In this document: piece by piece, positions 1-9,812 of the stretch | How positions within the stretch are numbered: position 1 is the first letter of the stretch | Layout of the letters: the number at the start of each line of letters is the position of its first letter | Source of the DNA: an uncultured SAR86 cluster bacterium | Lineage (GTDB): Bacteria; Pseudomonadota; Gammaproteobacteria; Magnimaribacterales; D2472 | Assembly (NCBI GenBank): GCA_902623685.1 | Contig: CACNUQ010000002.1 | Coordinates: 101,650-165,649 of the forward strand | Length of the DNA stretch: 64,000 nucleotides | Reading direction: 5' to 3' | Translations under genes and position numbers: made by a program | The notes under the pieces: model-generated | The model's input: the letters and a program-made list of their open reading frames with translations, nothing else | What the model was told of the DNA's origin: nothing | The model's database searches: none

Positions 1-2534
1 GTGGATCCATGCCAGTTTTCACTACAAATTCAAATGCTATTCCTGTAAATGGTGCGGATAGAATTGAAATTCTTAGAGATGGTGCTTCGGCTATTTATGG
101 TGCAGATGCATTAGCAGGAGTTGTTAATACAGTACTTAAATCAAATTTTGTTGGCACAAGAGTTAGATATAAATTAAGTGGTTATGAGCACTTTTCTGCA
201 AATGATCAAAAATTAAGTATTCAATGGGGTCAAGATTTTGATAATACAAATGTTTCTGTTTATTTTGATGCTTTTAGAAGAGCTGAGATAAGAGGAAACG
301 AAGATCCTAAATGGTTAGCTCAAGATGCCAGAGTTTCCCCTGGCTTAGGTAGGTTTGATGGAACTGCTTGGGATGATACTTCATGGAGGAATACAAATGC
401 TGCATCACAGTATGGTATTTGGCATGGAGGTGGAAGCAGATACATTCATACTAGACCAAACACAGGAGGATGTGCCTATACTGGGACTGGTGGAGATACT
501 TGTTTATATTTAAGCTCCTCAACAAATCCATCTACATCTTTAAGAGCAAAATATAATGAAACTCGATGGATGAGACCTGATCTAAAAAGAGAAAATCTTT
601 TTGTTTTCGTCAACACTGAACTTGATAGCGGAATTGAGGCATACACTGAGATAGGTTACTACCATTCATTTGCAACTCAACAATTGTATGGAGGTACCAC
701 TTTAGGAGCTGGTTCTTGTGCTAAGACTGGTTCATGTACTCAACCATTTTTGGTGCCTTTATCTAACTATTGGTTAAATCAGTTGGTTGATAGCGATGGT
801 AATAAACTCGTTGATTCTTCGCAAATCAAAAATGGTTTGGGTTTATGGAAATCAAGACATAGATTCAATGCTCCTCGAGGATATGATTCTGATAGGGTCA
901 CTCTGAGGTTCCTGCAAGGCTTCAGAGGAAGCATAGGTGATTGGGATTGGGATACTGCAATTCTATGGTCTGATGCTAAGTCAAAACAAAAAAATAAAAA
1001 TAGACAATCAATGACATTGCTAAATCAAGCTTTGGCACTATCTACTCCTAATGCATATAACCCTTTTTGTGGTGGACATGGGTGTAGTGACGAGAGCCCA
1101 TTTACCATAGATATATTCAGAGAAAATACTACAAACCTATTTTTGATGGATTTCAAATTATCTAATAACAATGTATTCGAAATGCCTGCTGGCCCAGTTG
1201 GTGCATTAATTGGTTTTGAGGCAAGAGATGAGGAATATACTGATGGCAGAGATCCAAGAATTGATGGAACAATACCATATGTAGTTCCAGCTGGCCCTAA
1301 AGCGGGACTTACTTTCCCTCTTATTTCTGATGTTGTTAATTCAAGTGCTACTCCAGCGTCAAGTGGATCAAGATCAACGAGTTCATTCTTCGGTGAATTG
1401 CAAATTCCTTTACATGCAACTGTGGATGCTCAGGTTGCCGTGAGGTATGAAGACTCTGATGATTATGGTGACGCAACTGTTGGAAAGTTTGCGATTGGAT
1501 GGCAACCCCTTGATATGGTTAAGTTAAGATATTCTGCATCTGAAACATTTAGAGCGCCTGCATTGATTCTTGTAAATGAAGGATTTTTAGGAAGAAGTAC
1601 TGCTACAAATGATGCTCTTCTAGAGTTCGCAACTGGTCTTGATTATGATACTTATTCAATGCAGAGGGTTACAGAAGGTAACCCTGGTCTAAAACCAGAA
1701 CTTGGAGAAAACGAATCAATTGGTCTGGTTCTAGAGCCTTTAGATAATTTAATTATTACTCTAGACAAATGGTCCATAGAGACTGAAGACACTGTTGGTA
1801 TTTTTGGTATGACTAACGCAATTCTTCTCGATACTCTTATTAGAGCTGAAGGCGGTGCTAGTGAGTGTACTGGAAATCCGAATGTTATTCGTAACCCTGT
1901 TCCTGAGGATACTGTAGATTGGGCTGCAGCTGGATTGTGCCCTGCTGGCCTTGTTGAAAAAGTTAATGACTACTATGTAAATGGTGATACTAGAACCATA
2001 GAGGGTTTTGATACAAGTATCATCTACTCAATAGATACTGACTATGGTGTATTTTCAGCAAAATTTGTGAATGTTCATTATGATACAAAAAATCAAGAAG
2101 CCGGTGGTGATGCAAAAAGACTTAGTGATGCTGGTCAACCCGGTGGAACCCTTGCAGGGGTAGCCCCAGTTAGAGGTGTCAATGACCTTCTCGGCTTAAA
2201 CGGTTCAATTGAAGATAAATATACAATGAAACTTTCATGGAAAAATGGTCCCTTCCATATGCTTGTTTCTGGCACTCAATGGGGAGAATTCTTTGAATCA
2301 GCTCATACAGAAACAATTGATGGTGAAAGAGTTATGTGGACTGTTGATTCTATGACCATGATCAATCTAACTCTAGGATATGAATTTGAAAATGATCTCA
2401 GAATAAGACTGCAAGTTAAAAATATTGAGGATGAGAGAGCGCCTCTTGCAGATGAGACTTTCAGTATGTTTTGGGGAGATTTGCATACAGATTATGGAAG
2501 AAACTACAGTGTAGAGTTCTATAAAAAATTCTAA
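1..2534 (+). CDS. TonB-dependent outer-membrane receptor, 5' end truncated by the window edge
   Basis: The frame is open from nt 3. The plug-domain motif RIEILRDGASAIYGADALAGVVN lies near the start. A barrel-length body of about 800 aa follows, ending ...YSVEFYKKF with the terminal aromatic residue typical of TonB-dependent receptors. Confidence 0.85.
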   Translation, partial: GSMPVFTTNSNAIPVNGADRIEILRDGASAIYGADALAGVVNTVLKSNFVGTRVRYKLSGYEHFSANDQKLSIQWGQDFDNTNVSVYFDAFRRAEIRGNEDPKWLAQDARVSPGLGRFDGTAWDDTSWRNTNAASQYGIWHGGGSRYIHTRPNTGGCAYTGTGGDTCLYLSSSTNPSTSLRAKYNETRWMRPDLKRENLFVFVNTELDSGIEAYTEIGYYHSFATQQLYGGTTLGAGSCAKTGSCTQPFLVPLSNYWLNQLVDSDGNKLVDSSQIKNGLGLWKSRHRFNAPRGYDSDRVTLRFLQGFRGSIGDWDWDTAILWSDAKSKQKNKNRQSMTLLNQALALSTPNAYNPFCGGHGCSDESPFTIDIFRENTTNLFLMDFKLSNNNVFEMPAGPVGALIGFEARDEEYTDGRDPRIDGTIPYVVPAGPKAGLTFPLISDVVNSSATPASSGSRSTSSFFGELQIPLHATVDAQVAVRYEDSDDYGDATVGKFAIGWQPLDMVKLRYSASETFRAPALILVNEGFLGRSTATNDALLEFATGLDYDTYSMQRVTEGNPGLKPELGENESIGLVLEPLDNLIITLDKWSIETEDTVGIFGMTNAILLDTLIRAEGGASECTGNPNVIRNPVPEDTVDWAAAGLCPAGLVEKVNDYYVNGDTRTIEGFDTSIIYSIDTDYGVFSAKFVNVHYDTKNQEAGGDAKRLSDAGQPGGTLAGVAPVRGVNDLLGLNGSIEDKYTMKLSWKNGPFHMLVSGTQWGEFFESAHTETIDGERVMWTVDSMTMINLTLGYEFENDLRIRLQVKNIEDERAPLADETFSMFWGDLHTDYGRNYSVEFYKKF

Positions 2535-2561
2535 TACTTAAATTCCATAAAAAATTAATTA

Positions 2562-2584
2562 AGGGGGCTTATGCTCCCTTTTTA
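2562..2584 (+). terminator. Rho-independent terminator after the TonB-dependent receptor
   Basis: AGGGGGC-TTAT-GCTCCCT forms a 7-bp stem with one G-U pair, followed by a T-run, 28 nt after the stop codon. Confidence 0.6.
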
Positions 2585-2589
2585 TTGAC

Positions 2590-3450
2590 ATGAAAAAAAT
2601 ATCTATTTTATTAACAACACTTTTTTTAGCTTTAGAAGTAAAAAGCGAGGATCTATTTACTTTTTCATATGATTCATTTTTTCAAATACCTGTTTTCTAT
2701 GTTGCGCCAGAAAAGATAAATAAGAACACCCGGCTAGTTGTTGTAATGCATGGAAGAAAAAGGAACGGAAAAGAATATAGAGATCAATGGGTACAAAAAG
2801 CAAAAGAATTAAATTTATTTGTTCTTGTTCCACAGTTCAGTGAAGCAAGTTTTCCAGGAGTTTATAGCTTTAATTATGGGAATGTTTTTACAGAAAATAA
2901 TCAATCTCTTCCATCTAATAAACATTTATTTTCAATAATTGATCCTCTCGTAAAATTTTCTTTAGAAAAATTTAAAATTAAATCAGATCATTGGGGTATA
3001 TATGGCCATGGAGCAGGTGCACATTTTGTTCACAGGTATGTACTTCACTATCCAGAAGCAACTCATACTTTAGCAATTGCAGCTAATTTAGGTTGGTATT
3101 TATCTATGACTGATCAAGACTGGCCTTTTGGATTGACCAACTCAAATATTGATGATGATATGCTAAAAAAAGCTTTTAGTAGATATTTCTTACTCATGCT
3201 TGGCAGGGCTGATACATCTACCAAGCCTAACTCGCAATACGTTAGAGAGCATTGGGATACGATAAATCTTCAAGGAGAGCATAGATTAGCTAGAGGAAGA
3301 AACTTTTTTAAATCCTCTATTGCAAAATCAAAGGAAGTAAATCAATTTTTTAAATGGGGGATGGTTGAAGTTCCAACAAAAAAAGGTCATGGTAATACTG
3401 AGCAAATGGTGCCTTATGCAGCTGAAATGTTTTACGCGAGACTAAAATAA
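2590..3450 (+). CDS. Secreted alpha/beta-hydrolase-fold protein (esterase or PHB-depolymerase-like) with an atypical nucleophile elbow
   Basis: It has an N-terminal signal peptide and a VVVMHGRKRNG oxyanion-region motif. The elbow-like motif reads GHGAG, where related hydrolases have GHSAG. Confidence 0.5.
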   Translation: MKKISILLTTLFLALEVKSEDLFTFSYDSFFQIPVFYVAPEKINKNTRLVVVMHGRKRNGKEYRDQWVQKAKELNLFVLVPQFSEASFPGVYSFNYGNVFTENNQSLPSNKHLFSIIDPLVKFSLEKFKIKSDHWGIYGHGAGAHFVHRYVLHYPEATHTLAIAANLGWYLSMTDQDWPFGLTNSNIDDDMLKKAFSRYFLLMLGRADTSTKPNSQYVREHWDTINLQGEHRLARGRNFFKSSIAKSKEVNQFFKWGMVEVPTKKGHGNTEQMVPYAAEMFYARLK

Positions 3451-4886
3451 TGCAAGCCTATAAAAAAAGAGGTTTTTGGATTGGTTTAGCAGCCTTCTTT
3501 TGTATTATTCTTTCGCCTAATCCAGAATCTCTATCCTCTATTGGATGGGCTGTTGCTGCAGTAACATTGTTAATGGCTATTTGGTGGGCCACTGAGGCAG
3601 TTCCGGTGGCTGTGACAGCGCTTTTGCCTCTTGCCTGCTTTCCAATGCTTGGAGTCACGGATTTTAAAACCGCTGCCCTTCCCTATGCTAATCCGAATAT
3701 CTATTTGTTTATGGGTGGTTTTATTTTAGCTTTAGGAATTGAGTCCTCAGGTCTTCACAAACGCCTTGCATTAAAAATGCTTATTGCAGTTGGCAAAAGT
3801 GGAGCTATGCTTGTTGGAGGATTCATGTTGGTATCTTCATTAATCAGCATGTGGGTAATGAATACCTCTACAACGTTAATGCTCCTTCCCATAGGTTTGG
3901 CTGTTTGTGCTAGTGTCGCAGAAACAATTCCAAATTTTTCTCATAGAGATAGGAGGAATTTTGAAATTTCACTTTTACTTGGCATAGCATATGCCGCATC
4001 AATTGGAGGAATGTCTACTCTGGTAGGAACAGCTCCAAACATAATATTTGTTGGCTTTATGCAAGAAACATATGGTCTTGAAATCTCATTTACTGATTGG
4101 ATGAAGCTTGGAGTTCCAATTGCAACAATGATGTTAATAGCTTCATGGTACGCAATTACAAAAATTGTCTATCCTGTAAATTTTGTAGCAAGCATTGAAA
4201 CTAAGCTTCAGCTTCAAAATATGCTCAGCGATTTGGGCCCTCTAGGCAAAGATGAAAAGAAAGTTTTAATTATTTTTTCTTTAGCTGCAAGTGCATGGAT
4301 GTTTAGAACGCTGCTTGATAATTATATTCCCTTTTCCGGTTTAACAGATGCTGGGATTGCAATTATTGCTGCATTAAGTTTCTTTTTAATTCCATCAGAA
4401 AATCAGAAAACTGATCTACTTACTTGGGAACAAGCCAATAAACTTCCATGGGGATTACTTGTTTTGTTTGGAGGCGGATTATCTCTTGCTGCATCAATTG
4501 GCTCATCAGGGCTAGGTGGATGGATAGGTCAAGGACTTACAATTTTAGAAAACGTACCGCCAATTGTTCTGATACTAGCAGTAGCAGCTATGATTATATT
4601 TTTAACAGAAATTACTTCAAATGTGGCAACAACCTCTACGTTCTTACCTGTTGTTGGTGCAGTTGCAGTTGCATTGGGCATTGCCCCAATAGCTTTGACG
4701 ATTCCTGTGGTTTTAGCTGCAAGTTGTGCTTTCATGCTTCCAGTTGCAACACCGCCTAACGCAATTGTGTTTGGCTCAGGTAAGTTAACTATCCCGGACA
4801 TGATTAGAGCTGGTTTTGCATTAAATATTATTGGAATATTTTTGGTTACTCTTTTTGCATTTTATTTAGCTCCAATGATATTTTGA
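3450..4886 (+). CDS. DASS/SLC13-family sodium-coupled anion (di/tricarboxylate or sulfate) symporter
   Basis: The 478-aa protein is polytopic, with duplicated hairpin motifs (GGMSTLVGTAPN and VATPPNAIVFGSG) characteristic of DASS transporters. Its start overlaps the upstream stop (TAATG). Confidence 0.8.
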   Translation: MQAYKKRGFWIGLAAFFCIILSPNPESLSSIGWAVAAVTLLMAIWWATEAVPVAVTALLPLACFPMLGVTDFKTAALPYANPNIYLFMGGFILALGIESSGLHKRLALKMLIAVGKSGAMLVGGFMLVSSLISMWVMNTSTTLMLLPIGLAVCASVAETIPNFSHRDRRNFEISLLLGIAYAASIGGMSTLVGTAPNIIFVGFMQETYGLEISFTDWMKLGVPIATMMLIASWYAITKIVYPVNFVASIETKLQLQNMLSDLGPLGKDEKKVLIIFSLAASAWMFRTLLDNYIPFSGLTDAGIAIIAALSFFLIPSENQKTDLLTWEQANKLPWGLLVLFGGGLSLAASIGSSGLGGWIGQGLTILENVPPIVLILAVAAMIIFLTEITSNVATTSTFLPVVGAVAVALGIAPIALTIPVVLAASCAFMLPVATPPNAIVFGSGKLTIPDMIRAGFALNIIGIFLVTLFAFYLAPMIF

Positions 4887-6595
4887 TATTTATGGCTTAT
4901 AGAAAATTTATTTTTTCAATTTTATTTCTAGCTTCAAATTCTTGGGCACAAGTAAGATATATTGATTATCCATCGCCTTTCCATTCAACGATTGGAAATT
5001 CAGGAATGGTTGTATCTCAAAATCAAGCTTCTTCAAATATAGGTATAAAAATTTTAAACATGGGTGGCAATGCTATTGATGCAGCTGTTGCAGTTGGATT
5101 TTCACTTGCAATCACTCTCCCCAGGGCAGGAAACCTAGGTGGCGGAGGTTTTATGCTGATTTATTTAAGCGACGAACAAAGAACTATAGCAGTAGATTTC
5201 AGAAGCTCTGCTCCGAATAACCTTTCAGAAAAAGATTTTTTGTTCCTAAAAAATAATTATGATCAACGCAGATATGGCTATAAGGCGTCAGCTGTCCCTG
5301 GAACAGTGGCAGGTATATTAGAGGCACACAAACGTTATGGCAATTTACCTCTAAAACAAATACTCCAGCCAGTTATTTCACAAGCAAAACAGGGAATATA
5401 TGTCAGTTATGATCTCAATCAAGCCATTGGAAGTGCTGAGCAATTAATTTTAGATAGTGAATCTAAAAATATTTATTATAAAAATAAAGTTCCTTTGAAA
5501 GAACATATGCTCGTAAAACGATCTGATTTAGCATGGACATTGAATGAAATTGCTAAAGATGGTCGAGAAGCTTTTTATTCTGGATCAATCTCAGAAAAAA
5601 TTGTTAAAGCCATGCAGCAAAATAATGGATATATTACAGCAAAGGATCTCAATAATTATCAGCCAAGATTCTCTCAACCAATACAAACGAGTTATAGAGA
5701 CCACACAGTCCTTGCACACCCTCCTCCAGCTGGTGGAGCTGCGGTCCTGCTTGAAGGGTTGAATATTATTGAGAACTTTGAAACTAATAAAATGGGTCCA
5801 AATTCAGCAAGCTTTGTTCATCTATTTGCAGAAGCATTACAGCGAGGACACATGGACAGATCTAGATTTATGGGAGATCCAGCATTTTATAATGTACCTA
5901 TAGAGAAAATTATCTCAAAGCAAAGAGCTGAATCTCATGCCAAAGATATAAATCTAAATTTAGTAACAAAATCAGAATCAATTAATCCAGAATCATTATT
6001 TAATGAAGGTGAAAACACAACTCATTATTCAATTATTGATAATGATGGAAATGTTGTCTCTAATACTTATACATTAGGATATTCTTTTGGTTCAGGAGTA
6101 ACGATTCCTGGAACAGGAATTCTTCTTAATAATCAAATGAATAACTTTGCATACCAATATGGTGAGCCCGAAGTAATTGATCGATCAGCGAGTATTGGTA
6201 ATAGATTTGAACCTGGAAAAAGACCAATGAGCACTATGTCTCCAATAATTGTCTTTGATAAGAATGATTCAATAAAGCTTGTTACCGGATCTCCGGGGGG
6301 CGCTTTAATTCCAGCTGCTATTTTAAGAGTAGTAACTGGAGTTATAGACTTTGATTTAAATCTAGGTGAGGCATCTATGTTGCCGCGAATTCATAAAGAT
6401 TGGCCATATGAAAATTTGCTGCTTGAAAGAGGTTTTAGCAAAGATACTCACAATCTTCTTGAATCCTTTGGTCATGAGATCGAAGAATCAAAAACAATGG
6501 GCTCAACTCAGAGCATTTTAATATCCTCTAAAGGTGTTGAGGGGTTTGCTGATCTTAGAAGACCTAATGCAGGGGTGGCTATTCAGAATGATTAA
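4883..6595 (+). CDS. ggt: Gamma-glutamyltranspeptidase (periplasmic)
   Basis: It has a signal peptide and the autoprocessing/catalytic Thr region NTTHYSIIDNDGNVVSNTYTLGYSFGSG. A GSPGG motif lies near the C-terminus, and 570 aa is the expected length. Confidence 0.9.
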   Translation: MIFMAYRKFIFSILFLASNSWAQVRYIDYPSPFHSTIGNSGMVVSQNQASSNIGIKILNMGGNAIDAAVAVGFSLAITLPRAGNLGGGGFMLIYLSDEQRTIAVDFRSSAPNNLSEKDFLFLKNNYDQRRYGYKASAVPGTVAGILEAHKRYGNLPLKQILQPVISQAKQGIYVSYDLNQAIGSAEQLILDSESKNIYYKNKVPLKEHMLVKRSDLAWTLNEIAKDGREAFYSGSISEKIVKAMQQNNGYITAKDLNNYQPRFSQPIQTSYRDHTVLAHPPPAGGAAVLLEGLNIIENFETNKMGPNSASFVHLFAEALQRGHMDRSRFMGDPAFYNVPIEKIISKQRAESHAKDINLNLVTKSESINPESLFNEGENTTHYSIIDNDGNVVSNTYTLGYSFGSGVTIPGTGILLNNQMNNFAYQYGEPEVIDRSASIGNRFEPGKRPMSTMSPIIVFDKNDSIKLVTGSPGGALIPAAILRVVTGVIDFDLNLGEASMLPRIHKDWPYENLLLERGFSKDTHNLLESFGHEIEESKTMGSTQSILISSKGVEGFADLRRPNAGVAIQND

Positions 6596-7142
6596 AGCGT
6601 TAGCATTCATTTATAAAAAAAAGGGTCTATCTGATGGTGATTTCAAAAATTACTATGAAAAAAATCATGCGCCATTAGCAACTTCTCTTCTAACTTTTGA
6701 GGGTTACGAAAGAAATTTTGTTAATGCTAATATCAATCCTCTATTCGCTTCACTCGGATCAATCAGTATTTTTCAATATCAATCTATAGAATCGCTTAAT
6801 GATATTGAGGAGCAAATGTCCTCAGATGCTGGAGATACCTTAAGAGAAGATGAACTTAAATTTATGGATGTAGCAAAAAACTATTTTGTTTTGACCCAGT
6901 CCGATCAATTAACTGAGCAGAGATTTGAAAAAAAGATTTTTTATACTTGTAATCATGAGGATGATTTAACTTCTTTAAATTCTTATGAAGGTTTGAAAAA
7001 AATCTCTGACAATATAATTCTTGAATCAACTGAAATGTTTGGGATTGCTGAATATGGAATCACTCCAAAAGCCAAATTTGATGTTTTAAAAAAATTGATT
7101 CAGGAGCATCCTAAAGCAATCATTACCTCTTGTGTTTCCTAA
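6588..7142 (+). CDS. EthD-like domain protein (function unknown)
   Basis: MIKALAFIYKKKGLSDGDFKNYYEKNHAPL resembles the N-terminus of EthD-family proteins. I chose the ATG at 6588, which overlaps the ggt stop, because the track's upstream extension lies inside ggt. Confidence 0.4.
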   Translation: MIKALAFIYKKKGLSDGDFKNYYEKNHAPLATSLLTFEGYERNFVNANINPLFASLGSISIFQYQSIESLNDIEEQMSSDAGDTLREDELKFMDVAKNYFVLTQSDQLTEQRFEKKIFYTCNHEDDLTSLNSYEGLKKISDNIILESTEMFGIAEYGITPKAKFDVLKKLIQEHPKAIITSCVS

Positions 7143-8536
7143 TTAAAATTAACCAGATATTCTAGCGCTGCATTAATTCTATTATTTACTTCATCACGAC
7201 TAAACAATGAAAGAGTTAATCCTAAAGAGGGAGATTGGGTCGAGCCAGTCATGGCAATCCTTATAGGTTGATTTAATTTAGGTGTAGTTAAACTGAGGGC
7301 TGTTTGAGCTTCCTTTAGAGCATTATCTATGGAGGTTTCATTCCATTGCTCAATGCTGTTTAATTTTCTTTGCACATATTCTAAAATTGTTTCTGACCCA
7401 ATTAAAAATTTATTTGCTGCTTTTTCATTATATGAATTTAATTCAGAGAAATAAGGTATAAGATCTTGAGCTACTCCTAAAAGATTAGGTTTTGAGCTTC
7501 TCATTGCTGCAATAATTTCATTAGTATTTTTCTTTTGTGTGTAATCCAAGCTAAGAGCATCTAAAAATGGAATTAATCTTTTTTTGAAGTCATCAAAAGA
7601 TAAAGCTGCTAAATGATGATTGTTAATCCAATCAAGCTTGGAGGGATCAAAAATAGCGCCTGCTTTTTGAACTTCTTGAATTCTGAAATCGGAAATCAAA
7701 TCATCTAAATAGAAAATTTCTTTATCGCCTTTAGACCAACCTAGCCGAGCAAGCATATTAATAATAGATGACTCTAAATAACCTTGGTCGAAGAAATCCT
7801 GTAAGCTTGTTACAGCATTCCTTTTAGATAATCTTTTTTTATCCTGCCCTAGAACCATTGGCAAATGCGCATATTCAAGCGAATCATAGCCAAGTGCATT
7901 TTGAATATGGATTTGTCTTGGTGTATTACTTAAATGATCCTCTCCTCGAACAACAGTCGTAACCCCTTGATCAAAATCATCAACAACATTACATAAATGA
8001 TAAGTTGGAGACCCATCACTTCTTAAAAGAATTAAATCATCTAGTTCAGAGTTTTGAAAAATTACTTCTCCTCTAACTAAATCATGAAAAACTAATTCGC
8101 CATCTTGAGGTGTTTTCAGTCTTAATACAGAGTTATTTGTTCTTTTAAGACCAAGATTTCTACTTCTTCCGTCATACATAGGTTTTTTGCCAGCTGCTTC
8201 CTGCTCTTTACGCATCTCTTCGAGAGTTTCTTTAGAGCAATCGCACCAATAGGCATTACCCGAATCTAAGATTTTTTCTGCGGCTGACATATATAATTCA
8301 GATCTTTCAGATTGACGAACGGGAGGCTCATCTGGATTAATTCCTATATCAGACAATCCTTTTAATATGTTTTCTTCAAATTCTTCTTTCGATCTTTCAG
8401 CATCTGTATCCTCAACTCTAATTAAGAATTTACCCTTATTTTGTTTTGCATATACATAATTAAATAAAGCTGTTCTAACTCCTCCTATATGCAAAGGTCC
8501 AGTAGGACTTGGTGCAAATCTTGTAACTTTTGTCAT
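7139..8536 (-). CDS. gltX: Glutamyl-tRNA synthetase
   Basis: The N-terminus RFAPSPTGPLHIGG carries the HIGH motif, and KRLSKR is a KMSKS-like motif. The protein is 465 aa. Confidence 0.95.
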   Translation of the reverse strand: MTKVTRFAPSPTGPLHIGGVRTALFNYVYAKQNKGKFLIRVEDTDAERSKEEFEENILKGLSDIGINPDEPPVRQSERSELYMSAAEKILDSGNAYWCDCSKETLEEMRKEQEAAGKKPMYDGRSRNLGLKRTNNSVLRLKTPQDGELVFHDLVRGEVIFQNSELDDLILLRSDGSPTYHLCNVVDDFDQGVTTVVRGEDHLSNTPRQIHIQNALGYDSLEYAHLPMVLGQDKKRLSKRNAVTSLQDFFDQGYLESSIINMLARLGWSKGDKEIFYLDDLISDFRIQEVQKAGAIFDPSKLDWINNHHLAALSFDDFKKRLIPFLDALSLDYTQKKNTNEIIAAMRSSKPNLLGVAQDLIPYFSELNSYNEKAANKFLIGSETILEYVQRKLNSIEQWNETSIDNALKEAQTALSLTTPKLNQPIRIAMTGSTQSPSLGLTLSLFSRDEVNNRINAALEYLVNFN

Positions 8537-9231
8537 GAAGAATCTCTATTTAAATTTATCTCTTGCATTCTTTGATCATTGGCGATCATATCTTCTTTAG
8601 AAATCTTTACTTTAGAAATCGGGAATTTTTTAAAATCAACTCTTAAATTACTAGTATTTGTATCTTTATTAGAAGTTGTATTAGATGATATAAACTCAAA
8701 TTTACTTTGGCCTCCTGTCAGGTGGATGTAGACGTCAGCAAGTATGTTTGCATCTAATAAAGCTCCATGAAAACTTCTATCATAGCCACTAACTTCAAAC
8801 CTAGATGCAAGAGCATCTAAAGAATTTCGCTGACCAGGAAACTTATTTCTTGCCATCAACAAAGTATCTTCAACATCACATATTTCTTCAAGAAGTGGAT
8901 AATTTGAAGAAGCTCTTTTTAGCTCAGCATTAAGGAAACCTAAATCAAACGAAGCATTATGAATAACTAATACGCTGCCTTGTATAAATTCTAAAAAACT
9001 TTCTGCTATTTCTGAAAATTCTGGTTCATTTGCAAGTCTTTCCATAGAGAGACCATGAACTTTTTCAGCCTCCTCATCTATAGATCTTTGGGGGTTGAGA
9101 TATGAATGAAAATGCACATCCGTTCTTCTTCTGTCTTCAAGTGCGACAGCACCTACCTCAACAATTCTGTGACCTTGATCAACCTCTAGTCCCGTTGTTT
9201 CAGTATCAAGAACAATAAGTTTTTTTGTCAT
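8533..9231 (-). CDS. dnaQ: DNA polymerase III epsilon subunit (3'-5' proofreading exonuclease)
   Basis: The DEDDh exonuclease motifs are present: [18 protein letters not shown] and [14 protein letters not shown]. Confidence 0.9.
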   Translation of the reverse strand: MTKKLIVLDTETTGLEVDQGHRIVEVGAVALEDRRRTDVHFHSYLNPQRSIDEEAEKVHGLSMERLANEPEFSEIAESFLEFIQGSVLVIHNASFDLGFLNAELKRASSNYPLLEEICDVEDTLLMARNKFPGQRNSLDALASRFEVSGYDRSFHGALLDANILADVYIHLTGGQSKFEFISSNTTSNKDTNTSNLRVDFKKFPISKVKISKEDMIANDQRMQEINLNRDSS

Positions 9232-9671
9232 AAGATAGAATCAATTCCTTTATTAGCTAATAGATCTGCTGTCTCATTTCCAGGATCTCCAGAATGACCT
9301 TTTACCCAGTGCCATTGCACTTGATGATAAGACATTAACCGATCTAATTGTTGCCATAATTCTTTATTTTTAACTTCTTTTTTAGCAGAAGTTTTCCAAT
9401 TGTTTTTTTTCCAATTTTGTATCCATTGAGTTATTCCATCCATCACATACTTTGAATCAGTGAATAATTCAACACTACAAGGCTCTTTTAAGATTGAGAG
9501 TCCCTCAATGGCAGCAGAAAGTTCCATTTGATTATTTGTAGTGTTATTTTGTCCACCAAAAATCTCCTTCTCGGTAGTATCAAATTTAATTAGCGCACCC
9601 CAGCCCCCTGGACCTGGATTGCCTCGGCAAGCTCCGTCTGTGTAAATAATTACCTCTTTCATGGATAACAA
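9228..9671 (-). CDS. rnhA: Ribonuclease HI
   Basis: [28 protein letters not shown] and the C-terminal [15 protein letters not shown] match RNase H type 1. Confidence 0.9.
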   Translation of the reverse strand: MLSMKEVIIYTDGACRGNPGPGGWGALIKFDTTEKEIFGGQNNTTNNQMELSAAIEGLSILKEPCSVELFTDSKYVMDGITQWIQNWKKNNWKTSAKKEVKNKELWQQLDRLMSYHQVQWHWVKGHSGDPGNETADLLANKGIDSIL

Positions 9672-9812
9672 TACATCATCAATACTTATGACTATTTTAT
9701 CTTTAAACGCTTATAATAATTATTATATTTGGTTAATAGTAACTAATGAAGATAATCTTTCTCTCTACTCAAGAAATTCATTCTCTATTTAATACTCATA
9801 TTATTTAAAACT

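Noticed and set aside
3458-4801. Track ORFs 3458-3658(-), 4448-4759(+) and 4529-4801(-) inside the DASS transporter gene
   Set aside because: They lie in alternative frames or antisense to a well-supported transporter gene. Their translations are low-complexity (Ala/Thr/Ile/Cys-rich) with no recognisable motif, so they are shadow ORFs.
5544-5762. Remaining embedded or edge ORFs on the track, of which 5544-5762 is one. The others are 11911-12144, 13469-13693, 26902-27111, 28272-28466, 34868-35062, 38364-38573, 39698-39889, 44734-44940, 47034-47282, 49003-49281, 49680-49913, 53792-54145 and 57337-57534.
   Set aside because: Each is nested in, or antisense to, a gene with strong family evidence. 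None has a Shine-Dalgarno or a recognisable motif.
6534-6587. N-terminal extensions proposed by the track, here for the EthD-like gene. The same applies to the starts at 14771, 21640, 32811, 37827, 45441, 49866-50360, 51982 and 53886.
   Set aside because: The extensions run into the preceding gene, a tRNA (32811) or a terminator hairpin (51982). Internal ATG starts give proper signal peptides or canonical N-termini and typical ATGA/TAATG coupling.
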